From assembly GCA_026395965.1 (NCBI GenBank), contig JAPLXS010000004.1, forward strand, positions 686 through 64,685: a stretch of 64,000 nt of DNA, written 5' to 3'. The position numbers and the translations under genes are program-made. This DNA is from Candidatus Nomurabacteria bacterium. Lineage in GTDB: Bacteria; Patescibacteriota; Minisyncoccia; Phycocordibacterales; UBA9973. Shown one piece after another: positions 58,051-64,000 of this stretch (positions are counted from its first letter, which is position 1; each line of letters starts with the position of its first letter). The notes beneath the pieces are model-generated. The model saw only the letters and a list, made by a program, of their open reading frames with translations. It searched no databases and was not told the origin of the DNA.

Positions 58051-59054
58051 TTGATCTCTATATCAACGTATGCAACTTGAGGGAATTCTTCTCTTATCTT
58101 TTTTTCTATTTTATCTATATGGTTACCTACTAGTCTAGGAATACGATCAGTAGTTCTAAACATTAGCTTGGCAAATTCTTGGAAATTATTTTTGATGTTA
58201 TCAAATTCTTCTTTTAAATCGCCCGCCTCATATATTTCTTCATAGAGAGGGGAACCGTTCCACTCAACAGTAGTATAGATTCTATATTTATTGATATCTA
58301 CAGCCACAGATTTAAATTCTGAAATATTTTCTATGCAGGGGTCTTTTAATAAAAATTCTATGATTTCTTCTGTTGTATTTTCATCCAATGATTTACCTAT
58401 AATATATTGATGGTTTTTTACGATAAGAATAACAGCCAAAAAGCCTAGAATCAGACCTACTATTATTCCACCAATAGAGTCATATATATTATCACCTGTG
58501 AAATGCATTAAAAATTGTGCAGCAAGTGCAACTACAACACCGAGTACAGCTGCACCGTCTTCATATACAACAGCTAGTGTCACAGGGTCGGCATCTTCAA
58601 AAATTTTCCTAGAGAGTTTTTTATCACCCATGAGTTCCCGCAAGGCAATCACTAAAGTTGTACCTTCTACTATAAAAGCAAGACACAAAACAAAAATTAT
58701 TGAATAATTAAAATCATGTATGTTGCTGCTATTGTGATTAATAAGAGAATCTAAAGAGTGATATACAGTAACACCTGCACCTATAAATAAAATTCCACAA
58801 GCAGATATTAAAGACCAAAAAAATCTTTCAATACCATATCCATAACCGCGAGATTCATCTGCTGGCCTTTTTGATCTTTTTAGTCCTACTAAAAGTAAAG
58901 ATTGGTTTAATGTGTCAGCAAAGCTGTGTACACTTTCGGCAAACATACTAGCTGAACCAGAGAAAATAGCAACTATTGTTTTTATTATAGTTACAAATAC
59001 ATTACCTATAAGAGCTGAAATGACTGATTTATTGCCTTGGGTGTTGTGAGACAT
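58047..59054 (-). CDS. cation diffusion facilitator family transporter
   Basis: CDF signature SASMFAESVHSFADTLNQ in TM2 and a C-terminal cytoplasmic domain. Confidence 0.85.
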   Translation of the reverse strand: MSHNTQGNKSVISALIGNVFVTIIKTIVAIFSGSASMFAESVHSFADTLNQSLLLVGLKRSKRPADESRGYGYGIERFFWSLISACGILFIGAGVTVYHSLDSLINHNSSNIHDFNYSIIFVLCLAFIVEGTTLVIALRELMGDKKLSRKIFEDADPVTLAVVYEDGAAVLGVVVALAAQFLMHFTGDNIYDSIGGIIVGLILGFLAVILIVKNHQYIIGKSLDENTTEEIIEFLLKDPCIENISEFKSVAVDINKYRIYTTVEWNGSPLYEEIYEAGDLKEEFDNIKNNFQEFAKLMFRTTDRIPRLVGNHIDKIEKKIREEFPQVAYVDIEIN

Positions 59055-59198
59055 GGCATAGATTATATCATATAAAATGTTTTATTTGAGTAAATATAAA
59101 AATATACATAAAATACTCATAATTATAAATTAGTACATATGGTATATGTATAGTATACTCCTGGTGTCGTATTAATATAATCTCATCTATAAAACTAT

Positions 59199-59330
59199 AT
59201 GCAAGAAGAAGAAACAACTACAGTTGAAGAAACAGTAGAAGCCCCAGTAGTAGAAGAAACAACTACAGCCGAAGAAACTGTAGAAGCTCCTACAGAAGAA
59301 GCAACACCAACAGAAGAAACAGCTGCATAA
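59199..59330 (+). CDS. small acidic E/T-rich repeat peptide (43 aa)
   Basis: MQEEETTTVEETVEAPVVEETTTAEETVEAP...; a -10-like tataat upstream and a strong terminator downstream. Confidence 0.3.
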   Translation: MQEEETTTVEETVEAPVVEETTTAEETVEAPTEEATPTEETAA

Positions 59331-59342
59331 GCTTTTTAAATT

Positions 59343-59380
59343 AAAAATCCCCTTTGTACTAAAAAAGAAGGGGATTTTTA
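59343..59380 (+). terminator. rho-independent terminator
   Basis: aaaaatcccctttgtactaaaaaagaaggggattttta. Confidence 0.7.
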
Positions 59381-59473
59381 GTATCTACTTGCTTTTTATT
59401 TATAAAAGGTTATAATACAGACCATAATCATAATAACTTAGCTAATAGTTAGCAGGTAAAATAAATAAAATAT

Positions 59474-60019
59474 ATGGGAAACTATCAAGGTGGCGGCGGA
59501 GGTAATAGAGGAGGTGGTTTCAGAGGTGGCAACGGTGGTGGCGGAAGACCTTTCCGTGGTGGAGACAGAGGCGAGGTTACTATGCACAAAACTACTTGTG
59601 ATGAATGTAAGAAGAGCTGTGAAGTTCCTTTTCGCCCATCAGGTGATAAGCCAGTATTTTGTTCAGATTGTTTTAGTAGTAAGAGAGACGATAGTGACCG
59701 TGCACCAAGAAGAGATTTTGGTGACCGTGCACCAAGAAGAGATTTCAATGATAGACCAGCTGCTCCTTCTTTTGCTAAACCAGCACCAGCTAATGATGAA
59801 GTAAAGAAACAATTAGCAGAAATAAGTACAAAGCTTGATCGTCTTACAAGTGCAATCGAAAAACTTGCTCAACCAAAGATGGAAACTAAATCTACTCCTG
59901 TTGCTGTAAAAGCAGTAGTTAAAGCAGAAGTTAAAAAAGCTCCAGCTAAAGTTGTTGCAAAGAAAGTTGTTGCACTAAAAGCGAAAGCTGTGAAAGTAGT
60001 TGCAAAGAAAAAGAAATAA
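59474..60019 (+). CDS. RGG-rich / Cys5 zinc-ribbon / histone-H1-like K/A-rich tail protein
   Basis: GGGGNRGGGFRGGNGGGGRPFRGG; TCDECKKSCEVPFRPSGDKPVFCSDCF; C-terminal AVKAVVKAEVKKAPAKVVAKKVVALKAKAVKVVAKKKK. Confidence 0.6.
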   Translation: MGNYQGGGGGNRGGGFRGGNGGGGRPFRGGDRGEVTMHKTTCDECKKSCEVPFRPSGDKPVFCSDCFSSKRDDSDRAPRRDFGDRAPRRDFNDRPAAPSFAKPAPANDEVKKQLAEISTKLDRLTSAIEKLAQPKMETKSTPVAVKAVVKAEVKKAPAKVVAKKVVALKAKAVKVVAKKKK

Positions 60020-60042
60020 TTTTTTGATAATTACTAAAAATA

Positions 60043-60072
60043 AAAACCCTCAATCGAGGGTTTTTATTTTTT
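60043..60072 (+). terminator. rho-independent terminator
   Basis: aaaaccctcaatcgagggtttttatttttt. Confidence 0.7.
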
Positions 60073-60110
60073 TTAACAAAGATTTAATCATAAATGATAT
60101 AATAAGACTT

Positions 60111-60362
60111 ATGTATTTTGTTTATATATTAGAATGTGCTGATCAAACTTTATATACAGGTTCTACAAATGATCTTAAAAAGAGAATGCACAAGCACAAC
60201 AATCTAAAATCTGGAGCGCATTATACAAAGATACGCAGACCAGTTGTTTTAAAATATTCTGAAGAATTTAATACTTATAAAGAAGTAAGAGCACGTGAAG
60301 CAGAGATAAAACGTATGAAAAGAGAGGAAAAAATAGAATTAATAAAAATAAGTTTCAAATAA
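60111..60362 (+). CDS. GIY-YIG nuclease domain protein (YhbQ-like)
   Basis: FVYILECADQTLYTGSTNDLKKRMHKH; start moved to the internal ATG after the upstream terminator. Confidence 0.7.
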   Translation: MYFVYILECADQTLYTGSTNDLKKRMHKHNNLKSGAHYTKIRRPVVLKYSEEFNTYKEVRAREAEIKRMKREEKIELIKISFK

Positions 60363-60931
60363 TGCAAAAGACGATACAGCTAGACGGTAAAAATATTACA
60401 TACACGTTAAAAGTTAGTAAACGAGCAAAACATATTAGAGTTGCTGTACTTAGTGACGGAAGTATTGTAGCTACAATTCCACCGTATGTTCCTTTGATAA
60501 TAGTTGAAAATTTTATAGTAAAAAAATCACAATGGATTCTAGATAAGATTGAATATTTTTCAAAATTTAAAGGTAATAGTTTTAAAAAAGGAACTCATTT
60601 GGAATACCTTAAATATAAAAATAAAGCACTAATGTTAGTTACTAATCGTATAGAATATTTTAATAATTTTTATGGTTATAAGTGGAATAAAATTGTTATT
60701 AGAAATCAAAGTACTAGATGGGGAAGTTGCTCAAAAAATGGTAATTTAAATTTTAATTATAAAATAGCATTACTTCCAGAAAATGCAGCCGATTATATTA
60801 TTGTGCATGAACTCTGTCACTTAAGAGAATTTAATCATTCTCATAACTTTTGGAATTTGGTTGCTAAAACTATTCCGGATTATTTAGATATTAGAAGAGA
60901 ACTAAAAAGTAATGGTTTTATACTTAAATAA
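60362..60931 (+). CDS. DUF45 / YgjP-like metal-dependent hydrolase, copy 2
   Basis: HELCHLREFNHS; about 65% identical at protein level to the copy at 28280-28849. Confidence 0.75.
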   Translation: MQKTIQLDGKNITYTLKVSKRAKHIRVAVLSDGSIVATIPPYVPLIIVENFIVKKSQWILDKIEYFSKFKGNSFKKGTHLEYLKYKNKALMLVTNRIEYFNNFYGYKWNKIVIRNQSTRWGSCSKNGNLNFNYKIALLPENAADYIIVHELCHLREFNHSHNFWNLVAKTIPDYLDIRRELKSNGFILK

Positions 60932-60951
60932 TTTTAGACTAAGAACATTTT

Positions 60952-60984
60952 AGGGGTCCAACCCCTAACAGGGGTTGGACCCCT
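60952..60984. repeat. GC-rich perfect palindrome (cruciform-capable)
   Basis: aggggtccaacccct aac aggggttggacccct; each arm is itself an internal hairpin. Confidence 0.5.
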
Positions 60985-61044
60985 AAACTACTAATTATAA
61001 AATCCTTTCAATTTAACTCAAAATAAGGTAGAGTAAGGACCTAT

Positions 61045-62517
61045 ATGGCTCAAGGAGAAGTAGTAGTAAGATTTGAAAAGGTTTCTTTTGAATATAGTCA
61101 CAATAAAACAATTTTGGACTGTGTGGATTTTTCTATACGCCGTGGAATGAAAGTCACAATCATGGGACAAAATGGTGCAGGAAAGAGTACAATATTCTCT
61201 TTGATTACAGGAGAAAATGAACCAGAAGATGGACAAATACATAAAGCACAGAGAGCTACTATTGCACTATCCCGCCAGGTTATACCTAGAGACGAACTTA
61301 GTCTCAGTGTCAGAGAATTTTTTGAAAAATGTTTTAAAGAAAAAGTTTATGACATAGATCCAAAAATAGATGATGTTTTAGAAATAGTAAATTTGAAAGG
61401 ACACGAAAAAGTACACGAAAGACTTATGTCATCCTTTTCAGGAGGTCAGCAAGCACGTCTACTTCTTGCTTCTGCTCTTATTCAAGAGCCAGATATTTTG
61501 CTTTTAGATGAGCCAACAAATAACTTGGATAAAGCAGGAATCGCTCACCTTACTGATTTTTTAGTTAAATACAAAAAGACAGTTATTGTTATTTCTCACG
61601 ATGCAGATTTTCTAAATAGATTTACTGATGCAGTTTTATACTTGGATCTTTATACAAAAAAGATAGAACAGTATGTAGGTAACTATACTGACGTAAGAGA
61701 CCAGATTGCTGCAAGAATGGAAAGAGAAAATCGTAAAAATGCGATGCTTTCAAAAGAAATTTTGGCCAAAAAAGAACAAGCCAATGCCTTTGCTATGAAA
61801 GGGGGAAATCTTCGTGCTGTTGCAAAGAGAATGAGAGAACTCGCAGAAACTTTAGAAGAAGAAAAAGTTGATGTAAGAAAAGAAGATAAAGCTATCCGAC
61901 CTTTTACTATTCCTGTGCAGGAAAATATAATAGGCGATCTTGTAACTTTCTCATCTATATCAATATATAAAAATCATAAAATTACAAAAATAAAAGCAAG
62001 CATTAAGCTTCGCAAAAATAAACATTTATTACTCTCTGGTCCAAACGGTATAGGAAAGAGCACTCTTCTTGAGCTAATAGCAAAAAGAAATGCAGAGGGA
62101 ATATTTATAGAGTCAGATGTTCGTATTGGATATTATCGTCAAGATTTCTCAACACTTAATTTCAATGATACTGTGTACGAATCTCTTGCTGAGACCACAA
62201 GGCAAGTAAGTGGAAGAGTAAATGAAGAGGCGATACGCTCTACTGTAGCAGGTTTTCTTATTACAGGAGATATGGTTCATACTAAGATAGGTAGCTTGTC
62301 TGAGGGTCAAAAAGGGCTTGTAGCTTTTGCTCAATTGGTCCTTACTCGTCCAGGATTGCTTATACTAGATGAGCCCACAAACCATATAAACTTTCGTCAC
62401 TTACCTATTATTGCCAAGGCGCTCTCTGAATACCAAGGAGCAATGATCTTGGTATCTCACACTCCAGAATTTGTAGAACAAATAAGAATTGACGAAATAC
62501 TTGATTTAGATAAATAA
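61045..62517 (+). CDS. ABC-F family ATPase (tandem ABC domains, no TMD)
   Basis: Two Walker A boxes (GQNGAGKST, GPNGIGKST), two signatures (FSGGQQARL, LSEGQKGLV), inter-domain linker. Confidence 0.85.
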   Translation: MAQGEVVVRFEKVSFEYSHNKTILDCVDFSIRRGMKVTIMGQNGAGKSTIFSLITGENEPEDGQIHKAQRATIALSRQVIPRDELSLSVREFFEKCFKEKVYDIDPKIDDVLEIVNLKGHEKVHERLMSSFSGGQQARLLLASALIQEPDILLLDEPTNNLDKAGIAHLTDFLVKYKKTVIVISHDADFLNRFTDAVLYLDLYTKKIEQYVGNYTDVRDQIAARMERENRKNAMLSKEILAKKEQANAFAMKGGNLRAVAKRMRELAETLEEEKVDVRKEDKAIRPFTIPVQENIIGDLVTFSSISIYKNHKITKIKASIKLRKNKHLLLSGPNGIGKSTLLELIAKRNAEGIFIESDVRIGYYRQDFSTLNFNDTVYESLAETTRQVSGRVNEEAIRSTVAGFLITGDMVHTKIGSLSEGQKGLVAFAQLVLTRPGLLILDEPTNHINFRHLPIIAKALSEYQGAMILVSHTPEFVEQIRIDEILDLDK

Positions 62518-62519
62518 TA

Positions 62520-62567
62520 AAAAAACTACTACAAACTCTGCCATGGCAGAGTTTGTAGTAGTTTTTG
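62520..62567. terminator. bidirectional terminator
   Basis: aaaaaactactacaaactctgccatggcagagtttgtagtagtttttg. Confidence 0.7.
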
Positions 62568-62579
62568 TTTGTACGATTT

Positions 62580-63230
62580 TTATATAAATTCTATTACATC
62601 ATCAAAATCTCTTCTTACCTTTGGGTAGTCAATTGTTTTATCTGCGCCACGATATCCGAGAGTAAGCATTGTAATTGATTTTAAATTCTTTTCTTTTAGA
62701 TTTAATATATCATCAACTTTTTCTGAATTAAATCCTTCCATGGGGCAGGTATCTATATCAAGCATAGCTGCTGTTTCAAGCATTATGCCTAAGGGGATGT
62801 ATGCCTGTGATTTAATCCAAGTATCGAGTGTTCCATCTGCAAGCTTTTGAGTGATAGAATTTTCTAGCATAGATTTTAATCCCTCAAGATTACCTTGGCC
62901 ATCTTTAAGAACCTTAGCTGTTCTTTCTATTCTTTCTTTAGTTAAATTGTCGACACTATCTGTTCTATAAGTGATAACGATTAAATGAGAAGCATCTGTT
63001 ATCTGTGATTGATTGTAACCAGCTTCTCTCAATTTTACTCTTGTGTCTTTATTGTTAACTACAATAAATTTCCACATTTCCATACCTATTGAACTAGGGG
63101 ATAGTCTTGCAGATTCTAAAATAACATTCATATCATCTTCTGATATTTTTCTTTCTGAATCAAATATTTTTGTAGCGTAACGCCAGTTTAATGATTCTAA
63201 AATTTTTTTTCTTATCTCATCTTTTTTCAT
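62580..63230 (-). CDS. NAD(P)H nitroreductase family protein
   Basis: LNWRYATKIFD ... SARLSPSS nitroreductase N-terminal motifs, about 215 aa. Confidence 0.8.
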   Translation of the reverse strand: MKKDEIRKKILESLNWRYATKIFDSERKISEDDMNVILESARLSPSSIGMEMWKFIVVNNKDTRVKLREAGYNQSQITDASHLIVITYRTDSVDNLTKERIERTAKVLKDGQGNLEGLKSMLENSITQKLADGTLDTWIKSQAYIPLGIMLETAAMLDIDTCPMEGFNSEKVDDILNLKEKNLKSITMLTLGYRGADKTIDYPKVRRDFDDVIEFI

Positions 63231-63402
63231 ATTGATTTTAATTTATGTTGATTAATAAATACACTAAACCATATTTATTTGACTTTATATAGTTATGGGT
63301 ATATATTCATAATATACCAGGTCGAGTTTAATAGCAAGTTTATTTATAAATATTATATTACTTTACATAAAATATACTGTGATTTAAATATATAAAATCA
63401 AA

Positions 63403-63678
63403 ATGGTAAGACCAAAATGCGATAAAAAAGTAAATTTTTGCCCAAAATACAAGGAATTTAAACCAGAAGGATGCACTAAAAATGCTGACCTTGTTTATAT
63501 TGATATAGAGGAGGCTGAAGCATTAAGATTAAAGAATATAGAAAATCTAAGTCAAAAGGAATCAGCTAATAGAATGGGCATTTCACAAAGTACTTTTCAA
63601 AGAATTTTGGTGTCTGCCTACAAAAAAGTTACAAGTGCTTTGATTGGAGGTAAAATTATTAAGTTAAATGAAAAATAA
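63403..63678 (+). CDS. DUF134/UPF0251 family HTH protein
   Basis: EEAEALRLKNIENLSQKESANRMGISQSTFQRIL sigma70-region-4-like HTH. Confidence 0.65.
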   Translation: MVRPKCDKKVNFCPKYKEFKPEGCTKNADLVYIDIEEAEALRLKNIENLSQKESANRMGISQSTFQRILVSAYKKVTSALIGGKIIKLNEK

Positions 63679-63681
63679 ATT

Positions 63682-64000
63682 ATGAACAATACAAAAGAAT
63701 TGGTAGAAGATTTAGTAAAGATGATAAATGAAGGTAAAATAATGGATGCATTTGAAAAACACTATGCAGATAATGTAGTAATGCAAGAAAATGAAACAGC
63801 TCCACGTGTAGGTAAAGATGTAAACAGAGAATACGAAAAAGCTTTTGTAGAAGGTATTGTCGAGTTTCATGGTGGTAAAACACTAGGTATAGCAGTAGGT
63901 GACAACTACTCAACAGTAGAATCATTTATGGATGTTACACACAAGGATTGGGGACGAGTAGCTAGAACTCAAGTAGCTGTTCAAAAATGGGAAAATGGTA
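63682..64000 (+). CDS. SnoaL/NTF2-like fold protein (3' end beyond the window)
   Basis: MNNTKELVEDLVKMINEGKIMDAFEKHYADNVVM pattern; the ORF runs to the window end. Confidence 0.45.
   Translation, partial: MNNTKELVEDLVKMINEGKIMDAFEKHYADNVVMQENETAPRVGKDVNREYEKAFVEGIVEFHGGKTLGIAVGDNYSTVESFMDVTHKDWGRVARTQVAVQKWENG

Noticed and set aside
63680-63925. 81-aa minus-strand ORF (L/H/Y-rich)
   Set aside because: It is antisense to a plus-strand ORF with a coherent NTF2-like sequence; compositional artefact.

Overview
Low-GC (roughly 30-35% GC) bacterial window in standard genetic code 11: TGA is used as a stop and an RF2-type release factor with the SPF motif is present. Its content is compact and compatible with a CPR/Patescibacteria-like genome, though this cannot be confirmed from sequence alone. 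All assignments below come from reading motifs in the supplied ORF translations and the DNA; no database search was run.

The window contains five units.

(1) 2.8-15.5 kb: a complete type IV pilus / competence-like locus (comF, pilMNO, pilB, a receiver-only response regulator, pilT, pilC, a pilin, pilD and four minor pilins). It is punctuated by a 116-bp element present twice at 97% identity, immediately upstream of two operon starts.

(2) 15.5-27 kb: housekeeping genes (ligA, gatCA, prfB, ftsEX, pyrG, a LOG-family gene) and two tRNA clusters (Asp, Met and initiator-Met on the minus strand; two Thr on the plus strand), with tRNA-derived fragments, tandem repeats and stacked hairpins between them.

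(3) about 28-43.6 kb: an accessory, defense/mobile island that begins at a tRNA-Gln gene whose 3' end is tandemly duplicated and is followed by a GC-rich candidate small RNA. The island carries a type I R-M system (hsdR, hsdS, hsdM) with two unknown genes embedded inside the operon: a coiled-coil/2-TM protein between hsdS and hsdR, and a protein with a possible HEPN-like R-x6-H motif between hsdM and hsdS. It also carries a DUF45 metallohydrolase, a large serine recombinase with a 300-bp hairpin-rich non-coding junction, a bPH-domain membrane protein plus EEP-family nuclease pair, a phage-like TerS-like/ParB-DNA methyltransferase remnant, and a PD-(D/E)xK nuclease (NucS/Shedu-like) with an unknown partner.

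(4) 43.6-45.1 kb: an arsR / thioredoxin-like / permease operon.

(5) 45-64 kb: mixed genes, including a NUDIX hydrolase, an AI-2E transporter, a polysaccharide deacetylase, an ABC exporter, a rubredoxin-like small gene absent from the ORF track, a two-component system, a split NOX-like ApbE / ferric-reductase-TM / FNR module, a CDF transporter, an RGG + Zn-ribbon + histone-H1-like protein, a GIY-YIG protein, a second DUF45 paralog, an ABC-F ATPase and a nitroreductase.

The strongest candidate for something undescribed is the type I R-M island with its two embedded non-R-M genes. Secondary leads are the NucS/Shedu-like nuclease pair, the 116-bp duplicated pilus-locus element, an in-frame GC-rich palindromic insertion inside the ligA Zn-finger, and the GC-rich candidate RNA after tRNA-Gln. 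No CRISPR array or rRNA gene was seen.
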